Of a stretch of 55,507 nt of DNA, positions 37,185 to 45,754 are shown piece after piece. The stretch lies in the IMG/VR virus record IMGVR_UViG_3300036398_002854, positions 1 to 55,507 of that record. One strand, given 5' to 3'. Position 1 is the stretch's first letter. Each line of letters opens with the position of its first letter. Under the pieces are notes generated by a model. The model did not search any database. It was not told where the DNA came from and was given only the letters and a program-made list of their open reading frames with translations. The translations under genes and the position numbers were made by a program. The stretch is from a virus (lineage: Duplodnaviria > Caudoviricetes).

Positions 37185-37229
37185 AGTGGCGCCAAGGGTG
37201 CGGCCCTCTTGGCGCCACTTTTCTTGTTT
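37185..37229 (+). terminator. Intrinsic terminator
   Basis: aagtggcgccaag...cttggcgccactt followed by T-rich run. Confidence 0.7.
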
Positions 37230-37302
37230 GAAGCGTTGCAAACGAAGCCTTTGAAAGTATAGGATAGCCGCTAGATTCTGATGTTATTAGGAGTTTGTCG
37301 CC

Positions 37303-38010
37303 GTGGCGAACGTCAAAATATCTGATTTGACCGCCGCCTCAGCCCTCGTTTCTGGTGACATTTTCGAGGTTAGCCAAGGCAGCGGAACGCTTGTAAGCCG
37401 CAAGGCAACCGCCACTCAAATCAAAGATTTTGTGCTTGCGGCTTATCCTGGCACAACATCTGTCAGCACAGTTGGCACCATTTCTACCGGGACGTGGCAA
37501 GGCTCCGTGATCGCCGGGGATTATGGCGGCACGGGCGTTGCTAATACTGGTAAGTCAATTACGCTCGGTGGGAATTTCACCACGTCAGGCGCTTACGCGC
37601 TGACGGTAACGCTGATTGCTTCTACGGCTGTGACTTTGCCCGCCTCAGGGACGTTGGCGACGCTGGCGGGCGCAGAGACGTTTACGGCCAAAACATTTGG
37701 TAACTACACAGAAACCGTCTACGCAATCACAGACGGCAGCACGGTTGCTCTCGACCCAAACAACGGCCCGATTCAGACTTGGACGCTAGGGGGGAGCAGG
37801 ACTCCAACTCAAGCAAACTGGGCAGCAGGGCAGTCGATCACTCTGCTAGTGGATGATGGCAGCGCGGCAACGATCACATGGACGACGCTTGCAGTGACTT
37901 GGAAAACAGGGGGTGGAACGGCACCGACGCTGAATACGTCCGGTTACACTGTGATTCTGCTGTGGAAGGTCGGAACGACCATTTACGGCGCGCGCGTGGG
38001 GGATGCGTGA
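37303..38010 (+). CDS. Fibre protein
   Basis: MANVKISDL N-terminus, GTWQG...YGGTG, T/G-rich, C-terminal beta domain. Confidence 0.6.
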   Translation: MANVKISDLTAASALVSGDIFEVSQGSGTLVSRKATATQIKDFVLAAYPGTTSVSTVGTISTGTWQGSVIAGDYGGTGVANTGKSITLGGNFTTSGAYALTVTLIASTAVTLPASGTLATLAGAETFTAKTFGNYTETVYAITDGSTVALDPNNGPIQTWTLGGSRTPTQANWAAGQSITLLVDDGSAATITWTTLAVTWKTGGGTAPTLNTSGYTVILLWKVGTTIYGARVGDA

Positions 38011-38903
38011 TGCTGGCGGCGTATTTGAAGGGCGCAACAGCGGCGGGGAAGAATCAGTTTATCGCCGTAGCGCACTCCACTTCGCCTTTCATCACTGTCT
38101 ATCCTTGGTCATCTTCGGGATTTGGCTCCAAGTTCAGCAATCCAGCGACGCTGCCAACTGGCTCTGGCCAGAGAGTTGCGTTCTCGCCTAGTGGTAATGC
38201 CGTTGCCGTAGCGCACGACACTTCGCCCTACATCACAGCATACCCTTGGTCCTCGAGTGGTTTCGGCACGAAATTCAGCAATCCAGCTACTTTGCCGACC
38301 GGCACTAGCTATGGAGTTGCGTTCTCGCCTAGTGGTGATGCCGTTGCCGTAGCGCACACCACTTCGCCCTACATCACAGCATACCCTTGGTCCTCGAGTG
38401 GTTTCGGCACGAAATTCAGCAATCCAGCTACTTTGCCGACTGGCGTTGGTCAGGACGTTGCGTTCTCGCCTAGTGGTGATGCCGTTGTTGTAGCGCACGG
38501 CAATTCGCCCTACATCACAGCATACCCTTGGTCCTCGAGTGGTTTCGGCACGAAATTCAGCAATCCAGCTACTTTGCCGACTGGCTTTGGCATTGGAGTT
38601 GCGTTCTCGCCTAGTGGTAATGCCGTTGCCGTAGCGCACGACACTTCGCCCTACATCACAGCATACCCTTGGTCCTCGAGTGGTTTCGGCACGAAATTCA
38701 GCAATCCATCTACTTTGCCGACAGGCATTGGCGCTGGAGTTGCGTTCTCGCCCGATGGTGATGCCGTTGCCGTAGCGCACGGCAATTCGCCCTACATCAC
38801 AGCATACCCTTGGTCCTCGAGTGGTTTCGGCACGAAATTCAGCAATCCAGCTACTTTGCCGACTGGCTCTGGCCAGAGAGTTGCATTTGGAGAATTGTCA
38901 TGA
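38010..38903 (+). CDS. Beta-propeller repeat protein, candidate receptor-binding protein
   Basis: Six 47-aa repeats with VAFSPxG blade motif; TGATG coupling. Confidence 0.75.
   Translation: MLAAYLKGATAAGKNQFIAVAHSTSPFITVYPWSSSGFGSKFSNPATLPTGSGQRVAFSPSGNAVAVAHDTSPYITAYPWSSSGFGTKFSNPATLPTGTSYGVAFSPSGDAVAVAHTTSPYITAYPWSSSGFGTKFSNPATLPTGVGQDVAFSPSGDAVVVAHGNSPYITAYPWSSSGFGTKFSNPATLPTGFGIGVAFSPSGNAVAVAHDTSPYITAYPWSSSGFGTKFSNPSTLPTGIGAGVAFSPDGDAVAVAHGNSPYITAYPWSSSGFGTKFSNPATLPTGSGQRVAFGELS
38064..38888 (+). repeat. Six tandem 141-bp intragenic repeats
   Basis: Units start at 38064, 38205, 38346, 38487, 38628, 38769. Confidence 0.95.
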
Positions 38904-39139
38904 ACAAACAAGAAATTCTAAAACAAGCGTTTGAAGCACGAGAACAGGAGGTTCTTGGATACCAGATCAACATTGACAACTTCGCACTCGCAGTTGCGTA
39001 TATTGACGCTATGCCAGATGACGAGCGTGCCGAGATGGTCGATTTCCGAGCCGATCTGGCGCAACGACTGGCTGCCGAACGCCACCAGCAGAAGCGCGCC
39101 AAGATCATGCTGGCTGTGATCCATCAGCAGGTGGAGTAA
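38900..39139 (+). CDS. Hypothetical helical protein
   Basis: ATGA coupling, GGAG RBS. Confidence 0.55.
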   Translation: MNKQEILKQAFEAREQEVLGYQINIDNFALAVAYIDAMPDDERAEMVDFRADLAQRLAAERHQQKRAKIMLAVIHQQVE

Positions 39140-39142
39140 CAC

Positions 39143-39649
39143 ATGCACATCCGCGTCACAGACGGCATTCCCGCGCGCTACTCGATCACCGACCTCCGTC
39201 GCGATAACCCGCAGGTGTCATTCCCCGCTGACATCTCGGCTGACACGCTCGCGGAATACGACGTGTATCCACTTGCGCCAACGCCGCAGCCGGATCACGA
39301 CCCGACCGCCCAACGCATCGCTGAAAGTCAACCCGAACAAAAAGATGGCATTTGGATGCAGACGTGGATTATCACCGACAAGACGTCAGAAGAAATTGCC
39401 TCCGAAATTAACCAATGGCGTTCCGCTACCTCCGTCACTCCTCTTCAAATCCGCCGCGCCCTCAGAACGGTTGGCCTTCTTGACGATATCACTTCCTTCG
39501 TAGAAGCCGCTCCGGTTGAAGTGCGAGAGGCGTGGGAATACGCCATTCAGATTGACCGCATGAACGAAATGATTGTCAACGCCGCTCTGACCCTCGGTAT
39601 GTCAGAAGAAGAAGTCGATGATCTGTTTCGACTTGCTCTGACGCTATAA
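39143..39649 (+). CDS. Fibre-associated / assembly chaperone-like protein
   Basis: DLRRDNPQVSFP, VTPLQIRRAL...GLL, AWEYA, VDDLF.LA. Confidence 0.55.
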   Translation: MHIRVTDGIPARYSITDLRRDNPQVSFPADISADTLAEYDVYPLAPTPQPDHDPTAQRIAESQPEQKDGIWMQTWIITDKTSEEIASEINQWRSATSVTPLQIRRALRTVGLLDDITSFVEAAPVEVREAWEYAIQIDRMNEMIVNAALTLGMSEEEVDDLFRLALTL

Positions 39650-39664
39650 GGAAGGGCGAAGTAG

Positions 39665-42229
39665 ATGGCGTTCGATGGATATCGCATAACAGAATCGGAC
39701 GACCAACGTATCTCTGAAAGCGGCGATATCCGCATTACGGAACAGTTTGTCGAACCGACAATTGTTCTTGCTCCTTTCGCTGACTTTACCGTTGCGGCTT
39801 TTGCGCCCGCCGTAAATACCGGCAACTCTGTTTCTGTGCCTTCCGGGGCAGTTAGCGTAGCCGCCCAGCCTCCAAGCGTCGCTGCCGGTAAATCTATCAG
39901 TGTCAATGCAACGGATTTCTTCGTAGCTGCTTTTGCGCCAAATATTTCTGTTGGCAAGCGTATTGAAGTCAATCAGACAGATATCGCTATCGCACGTTTT
40001 GCTCCTGCCGTATTCAGCGGCAAGAGCATTTTTGTAAATCAAATTGATTTTTCGCTTAATTCTTTTGCACCTTCGATTTCTTCCGGTAAATCCGTTTCTG
40101 TTGGCGCCGTCGATACGTCTATTGCGCCTTTTGCCCCCGCCATAAACGCGGGCAAATCTGTTTCTGTCGGTTCAGTAGATACGTCCGTTGAAGCCAAAGA
40201 CCCGTTTGTTGCTTCCGGTAAATCTGTTCTTACCCCGGCAATCGACGATGCTCTGGCTGCTCAAGCCCCCGATGTTTTCAGTGGCAAGTCTATCTCCGTC
40301 GGCAGCGTCGCGTTTGCAGTCGCGGCGTTCGCGCCGAGCATAAACGCGGGCAAAGCGACTGTTGTTCCTGAGAAAAGTATTGCAGTCGCGGCATCTGCCC
40401 CAATCATTTCTACCGGCAAGCGTATTGCATCTCCTTTTGTAGATATTTCGGTATCCGCCAGAAACCCTGCGGTTATTGCTGGCACCGCGATCTACATCTC
40501 TAATTTTATCAATATTGTTGTCGGCCAAAATGCGCCCGCACTTGCTACTGGCAAGACTGTTTTGGTTCCGGCAAAAGACACGTCTCTGACACCTTTTGCC
40601 CCCGGCGTCTCTCTTGGTAAAATTATTTCTGTTGGCGCCGTAGATACTTCGATTGCTGAACAGGCGCCGACTATTTCGGTTGGTAAGACCGTATTCGTCG
40701 GGTCGGTGGGGGTTTCTGTTGCACCAGTCGCGCCAGAAGTAAGAAGCGGCAAAAGCATTCAAATTGGTGCTTCCGGTATTGGTTTCGCTGCTGAGCCTCC
40801 TTTTATCGCCGTTGGTAAATCTATTATTGTTCCGCAGACAGATGTTGCGGTAGCTGCTTTCGCACCGCAAATTCTGTCTGGCAAGTCTATCGCTATCGGC
40901 ACGGTAGATACGTCGCTTCAGCCGCAGTCACCAAGCATAGCAAGCGGTAAAACGCTAGAAGTTGGTGCGCTCGATATTGCCCTATCTGCTTTTTCACCAG
41001 TAATATCTTCTGGCGCTAAAGTTGATATTCCAAGCAAAAATTTCGCGGTTGAGTTGTTCGTTCCTGATACCCAAACAGGCACAGGTATTTCTGTGCCTAG
41101 CAAAAACACATTTGTAAATGCTCTAGCCCCTGATATTCTGACCGGCGTTACGATTAATATTCCGCAATCCAATATTTCTATCAATGCCGTTGCTCCAAAA
41201 GCATCCACTGGGATTCTTGTAAGCATCCCTGAAGTCGATACTTCGCTCACTGCAAACACACCTGCGATTCTTATCGGCTATACGGTCTTAACTCCCTTCT
41301 CAAATTTCTCTGTTGCACGTTTCGCACCTGATATTTTTGCAGGCAAAACGGTTTCGCCACAAAATGTAGATACAGTTGTCACTGCCCCGCCGCCTTCGAT
41401 TTCGGCAGGCAAAACTGTTTTTGTGGGTAACGTAGACATAGACGTTGCCGCCGCTGCGCCATCTATCGTTGGTGGCGCCTCAGTATTCGCTCCAGTTGTA
41501 GACACTGTTGTTTCTGCCGAACCCCCATCCGTCTTTGCCGGTAAGTCGGTTGCCGTTGGCGCTTCAAATGTAGACCTTGCTCCACAAACCCCCTCTGTTT
41601 TTGCTGGCAAGACTGTTTTTGTTGGCAACGTAGATGCAGACTTTGCCGCCGCTGCGCCATCTGTCGTTGGTGGCATCTCTGTATTTGTGCCCAGCACAAA
41701 CACTGACGTAGCGTCTACCATACCCAGCATATCTACTGGTATTCTTAAAAATATTCCTGCTGCAAATATTGACCTTGTTGCGCTTACACCTTCAATCGTG
41801 TCTGGCAAAACAATCTTGCCAGAAACTGTTGTCATTTCTTTTGAAGGTAGGTCTCCCGCTATTTCTCTTGGCGGAGCAATTCAACCAGAAGCAAAGAACT
41901 TTGCTCTGTCCGCCTTGCCGCCCGTCATCAACACCGGCGTCGCACTCGCTATCAGCCCCGCCAATACCTCTTTCTCTGCCCTGATCCCGTCTATCCAAAC
42001 GGGTAAATCATTCGTTATTCCCGCCGTAGCCGTAAGCCTGTTCGCTCCAACACCAAAAGCGAGCATCAGCGCCACCGTTTTCGTGAACTTCTTCAATCTC
42101 AATCTGGCAAGTTTCGCGCCGTCTATCAGCGCGTTCCCAATGCCGCCCTCGAACCGCATCTACATCGTCCCCGCAGCACTTCGAGAATACGACGTATCCG
42201 CGTCAAACCGCGTCTATCTTGTTGAGTAG
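39665..42229 (+). CDS. 854-aa protein of about 36 tandem 22-aa beta-type repeats
   Basis: Consensus GKSVxVxxxDxSVAAxAPxIxx; Pro18 invariant and Gly1 nearly so. Confidence 0.8.
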   Translation: MAFDGYRITESDDQRISESGDIRITEQFVEPTIVLAPFADFTVAAFAPAVNTGNSVSVPSGAVSVAAQPPSVAAGKSISVNATDFFVAAFAPNISVGKRIEVNQTDIAIARFAPAVFSGKSIFVNQIDFSLNSFAPSISSGKSVSVGAVDTSIAPFAPAINAGKSVSVGSVDTSVEAKDPFVASGKSVLTPAIDDALAAQAPDVFSGKSISVGSVAFAVAAFAPSINAGKATVVPEKSIAVAASAPIISTGKRIASPFVDISVSARNPAVIAGTAIYISNFINIVVGQNAPALATGKTVLVPAKDTSLTPFAPGVSLGKIISVGAVDTSIAEQAPTISVGKTVFVGSVGVSVAPVAPEVRSGKSIQIGASGIGFAAEPPFIAVGKSIIVPQTDVAVAAFAPQILSGKSIAIGTVDTSLQPQSPSIASGKTLEVGALDIALSAFSPVISSGAKVDIPSKNFAVELFVPDTQTGTGISVPSKNTFVNALAPDILTGVTINIPQSNISINAVAPKASTGILVSIPEVDTSLTANTPAILIGYTVLTPFSNFSVARFAPDIFAGKTVSPQNVDTVVTAPPPSISAGKTVFVGNVDIDVAAAAPSIVGGASVFAPVVDTVVSAEPPSVFAGKSVAVGASNVDLAPQTPSVFAGKTVFVGNVDADFAAAAPSVVGGISVFVPSTNTDVASTIPSISTGILKNIPAANIDLVALTPSIVSGKTILPETVVISFEGRSPAISLGGAIQPEAKNFALSALPPVINTGVALAISPANTSFSALIPSIQTGKSFVIPAVAVSLFAPTPKASISATVFVNFFNLNLASFAPSISAFPMPPSNRIYIVPAALREYDVSASNRVYLVE

Positions 42230-42279
42230 CGGTTTTATCGGTATATTAAAAAAGTCTATTTCGTGCGGAGGCAACGCCC

Positions 42280-42582
42280 GTGCCAGAACTTTTGACACTT
42301 GAATCTCAGCATCCCTCGGATGACTTGGATCATGCTGTGCGGTTCAGCAATTGGTTGCCGACCGACGATACGATTTCTTCCTGTGCCGTGAGTGTTTCGT
42401 CAGGTATTACACTTGGTTCTTCAACCAAAGCACCCTTAATCGCAGGCTCGAACATAGTATTCTGGCTTTCTGGCGGAGAGCCTGGAAAGGAATACTATGT
42501 TCAAGTCACCGCGCAGACAGCACAAGGACGACGTAAAATCGTGGATGGGGCCATTCTTATTTTAGACCCCACGCCACTTTAA
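42280..42582 (+). CDS. Fibre attachment adaptor-like protein
   Basis: HPSDDLD....NWL...DTISS...FWLSGG..G..Y.V...T.QGR resembles small phage fibre-adaptor proteins. Confidence 0.6.
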   Translation: MPELLTLESQHPSDDLDHAVRFSNWLPTDDTISSCAVSVSSGITLGSSTKAPLIAGSNIVFWLSGGEPGKEYYVQVTAQTAQGRRKIVDGAILILDPTPL

Positions 42583-42743
42583 TAGCCGTTTTCGCCTTCT
42601 TTCCCATCCTCCATACCGGACTCATAAGCCTCCATGATCTTGCCATGAAAGAACATGGCAAGCTCAAGACGAGTCTCGTTACTGAGATTCGGGAAGTATT
42701 CTTTCAAGTCGAAATATAGGTCAGTTTGAGTGGGGATACTCAT
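42579..42743 (-). CDS. Hypothetical 54-aa protein; not in ORF track
   Basis: Translated by hand (MSIPTQTDLYFDLKEYFPNL...); ATGA-coupled to nrdA. Confidence 0.5.
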   Translation of the reverse strand: MSIPTQTDLYFDLKEYFPNLSNETRLELAMFFHGKIMEAYESGMEDGKEGENGY

Positions 42744-44506
42744 TGGCACACCTCGCATTCCTCGCCGTTGTTAGGATTCTTGGCCTCGATCTTCTCACTG
42801 ACGACTTCGGCGCGCTGGATCGACAGAGAACGGCAGTAGTATAGCCCCTTCACGCCATCCTTCCAAGCCTTCATGTGGACTTGGTTCAGGTGCCGCTTCT
42901 CCACATCGGCTGGGAAGAACAGGTTCACGGATTGGCCTTGGTCGATGAAAGGCTGCCTGTCAGCGGCGTGGCGAATGACCCAATTCTGATTGATTTCGAT
43001 GGCCGTCTTGAACGTGTCCTTCTCCCAACCGGTCAGGAAATCCAAGTGCTGCACGCTGCCCTTGTTGGCAACAATGCTGTCCCACACTTCGCGCGTGTCC
43101 TGGCCGTAGGATTCGAGAACCTTGCGAAGATGGACGTTGCGGATGATGAAAGTGCCTGAGAGGGTCTTTTGGGCAAAGACGTTGGCAGACCATGGCTCAA
43201 TGCAAGGCGAAGCACCGCCGCAGATGATGGAGATTGACGCGGTAGGCGCGATAGCCGTCTTGTTGGAAAACCGCTTCTTCATATCGACTTCAGCCGCGTC
43301 AACGCACGGGCCACGTTCATCGGCAAGCACCGTATCCGCCGCCTCAACCTTCTCGTGGATATGCTTGAAAATCTTCTTGTTCCACGCGATTGCCGAAGGC
43401 GACTCAAAAGGCACGCCTTGGCTTTGCAGGAAGGAGTGGAACCCCATCACGCCGAGGCCAATAGACCGCTCCATCATGGCGCTGTAGATCGCGGCGGAGA
43501 TAGCATCCGGTGCGCGGTCGATGAAGTCCTGAAGCACGTTGTCTAACATCCGCATCACATCTTCGATGAAAAGCGGATCATCCTTCCACTCCATATATGT
43601 ATCGAGATTGAGTGAGGATAGGCAGCAGACAGCCGTGCGCTTCTTGTCATTGTAGTCATTGCCGGTGAACAGATAGATTTCCTGGCAGAGATTGGACGTG
43701 CTGACTTCAAGGCCGAGCAACTTGTGGTGTGCCGGGATGGCGCGGTTCACCGTATCCTCGAACATGATATACGGCTCGCCCATCTCCACGCGCGCCGTCA
43801 GGATGCGAACCCAAAGGCTCCGCGCGTCCACAGTCTTGATGACCGCGCCATCCTTGGGGCTGACAAGGTTCCATGGCTCTCCTGCCTCTACAGCCCGCAT
43901 GAACGCATCAGGAACCACGACAGAGTGGTGCAGGTTGAGGCAGCGGCGGTTCACGTCGCCGCCCGTAGGGCGACGGATTTCGATGAACTCCTCAATCTCG
44001 GGGTGACTGACATGAAGGTAGACCGCCGCAGAACCGCGCCGTAGGCTGCCCTGGCTGATCGCTAGGGTCTGGCTGTCCATGACCTTGAGGAAGGGCACGA
44101 TGCCGCTGCTCTCGCCGCGTGCGCCCACCTTTTCACCCACAGCACGCACGTTGCTCCAGTTGGTGCCGATGCCCCCACCGCCAGACGCCAGCCATACATT
44201 CTCATTCCAGGTGCCGACGATGCTTTCGAGATTGTCCTCAACCGTATTGAGGTAGCACGAAATTGGAAGGCCACGGTCGGTCCCGCCATTGGCAAGAACG
44301 GGGGTAGCGGGCATGAACCAAAGTCGGCTCATATAGTCATAAAGCCGCTGCGCGTGCGCGGGGTTATCGCCATACGCCGTTGCAACGCGGGCAAAGAGGC
44401 CCTGGTAGGTCTCGCCGGGGAGAAGATATCGGTCTGTCAGCGTTTGCTTGCCTGCTTCGGTCAGGAGCGCGTCGCGCGATGGGTCAGTGATAGGCTTGGC
44501 GCTCAT
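42740..44506 (-). CDS. nrdA: Class I ribonucleotide reductase alpha subunit, no ATP cone
   Basis: ATPVLAN, PISC, GGGIG, RRGS, SNLCQEI, VCCLSS, AIAPTAS, LYY, C-terminal CEVC; ATG at 44506 after GAGG. Confidence 0.95.
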   Translation of the reverse strand: MSAKPITDPSRDALLTEAGKQTLTDRYLLPGETYQGLFARVATAYGDNPAHAQRLYDYMSRLWFMPATPVLANGGTDRGLPISCYLNTVEDNLESIVGTWNENVWLASGGGGIGTNWSNVRAVGEKVGARGESSGIVPFLKVMDSQTLAISQGSLRRGSAAVYLHVSHPEIEEFIEIRRPTGGDVNRRCLNLHHSVVVPDAFMRAVEAGEPWNLVSPKDGAVIKTVDARSLWVRILTARVEMGEPYIMFEDTVNRAIPAHHKLLGLEVSTSNLCQEIYLFTGNDYNDKKRTAVCCLSSLNLDTYMEWKDDPLFIEDVMRMLDNVLQDFIDRAPDAISAAIYSAMMERSIGLGVMGFHSFLQSQGVPFESPSAIAWNKKIFKHIHEKVEAADTVLADERGPCVDAAEVDMKKRFSNKTAIAPTASISIICGGASPCIEPWSANVFAQKTLSGTFIIRNVHLRKVLESYGQDTREVWDSIVANKGSVQHLDFLTGWEKDTFKTAIEINQNWVIRHAADRQPFIDQGQSVNLFFPADVEKRHLNQVHMKAWKDGVKGLYYCRSLSIQRAEVVSEKIEAKNPNNGEECEVCQ

Positions 44507-44582
44507 GGCGTCTTTCCTCGGAGTGATACAGGGAACCCCCTTTTTAACCCGCGAGGGGTGCGCGGGGAAAGGTCTTGACTTT

Positions 44583-44888
44583 TTAAGGCTGGTTGTAAAA
44601 TTCGCTTGCTTCGCCCTTCTTGATTTCTTCGACGTAGCGCGTCGCAGAATCAACGAGAGTCAGGGCGTAGGCATGGAACGCACGCTTGGTTTCTTCGGAA
44701 AGATTAGGGGCGTTTGCGGTGATGTTCTCTACCAATTCCGCACAATATTTCATGCCGTTGACATGGCCTTGCGCGTAAATCAGAGCAGACTCGGCAGCAA
44801 GAGAGGCGGATAGCGAAAGCCGGTCCATCAGACTAAGTTTGCCGAGAATGGGGTGTTCGGCAAACAGATTGGGCGCTTCTTCTTCCAT
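44583..44888 (-). CDS. Hypothetical protein
   Basis: Fills gap between kdsA and nrdA. Confidence 0.5.
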   Translation of the reverse strand: MEEEAPNLFAEHPILGKLSLMDRLSLSASLAAESALIYAQGHVNGMKYCAELVENITANAPNLSEETKRAFHAYALTLVDSATRYVEEIKKGEASEFYNQP

Positions 44889-44890
44889 TT

Positions 44891-45742
44891 TCAGTAAATC
44901 CCCATGTATTTGGGACTCTTAACAAGATCGTCCAGCGCCGTCAATCGCTTTATCAGTCCGTGCATCTTGTAAAGCGGCACCATGTTGGGGCCATCGGAAA
45001 AAGCCGCGTCGGGGTTGGGGTGCGTCTCGATGAACACCCCCGCCACTCGCATCGCCACCGCCGCCCTGGCAAGTGGCTCAACATACTCGCGCTGCCCGCC
45101 AGAAGCCGTCCCGTGGCCCCCGGGGATTTGGACGGAGTGTGTTGCATCGAAAATGACAGGGTGCCCTGTGCCCTTCATAATAGGCAGGCTACGCATGTCT
45201 ACGACAAGGTTGTTGTATCCAAACGACGTGCCGCGCTCAGTCAGCAGCACGTTCGGATTGCCGCTTCCCTCAATCTTGGCTGCCACATGCGCCATGTCCC
45301 AAGGCGCCATGAACTGCCCCTTCTTCACGTTCACGGGTAGCCACGTCTTTGCTGCGGCCACAAGAAGGTCGGTTTGGCGGCAAAGGAAGGCTGGGATTTG
45401 CAGCGCGTCTACCGCGCCTTCCAAGGCAAAGCAATGCTCGCGCTCGTGAACGTCCGTGATGACGGGAAGTTTGAAACGCTCACGCACTTCTTGGAAAATA
45501 GGAATAGCCGCCTTGAGGCCAACGCCACGGGGGCCATAAAGCGACGTGCGGTTGGCCTTGTCGAAGCTGGCCTTGAACACAAGGTCCACGTCGAGCTTAT
45601 GCGCCGTCTCGGCCAAGGACTGCGCGATTTCAAGCACCTGCTCACGACTCTCAATCTGGCAAGGGCCGCAGATGAAAGCGAGAGGAAGGGCGTTGGAAAA
45701 CGAGGCTTGGCCGATTTGGACGGTTTGCTGACGTGGTGCCAC
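44891..45742 (-). CDS. kdsA: Kdo-8-phosphate synthase (2-dehydro-3-deoxyphosphooctonate aldolase)
   Basis: GPCQIES, FKASFDKANRTS, TDVHE, QIPAFLCRQTDLL, NVKKGQF, ERG.SFGYNNLVVD, FDATHSVQ. Confidence 0.96.
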   Translation of the reverse strand: MAPRQQTVQIGQASFSNALPLAFICGPCQIESREQVLEIAQSLAETAHKLDVDLVFKASFDKANRTSLYGPRGVGLKAAIPIFQEVRERFKLPVITDVHEREHCFALEGAVDALQIPAFLCRQTDLLVAAAKTWLPVNVKKGQFMAPWDMAHVAAKIEGSGNPNVLLTERGTSFGYNNLVVDMRSLPIMKGTGHPVIFDATHSVQIPGGHGTASGGQREYVEPLARAAVAMRVAGVFIETHPNPDAAFSDGPNMVPLYKMHGLIKRLTALDDLVKSPKYMGIY

Positions 45743-45754
45743 GGGGGTTTCCTT

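Noticed and set aside
38064-38888. DGR target or CRISPR array
   Set aside because: No reverse transcriptase or separate template repeat in the window, changes are not adenine-specific, and units are in-frame coding repeats without unique spacers
2810-44601. Recurring TTGACT(T) in intergenic gaps (2810, 18075, 19377, 19417, 25538, 44575) as a phage-specific operator
   Set aside because: Matches an ordinary sigma70 -35 box, orientation is inconsistent with downstream genes in some cases, and enrichment cannot be tested by eye
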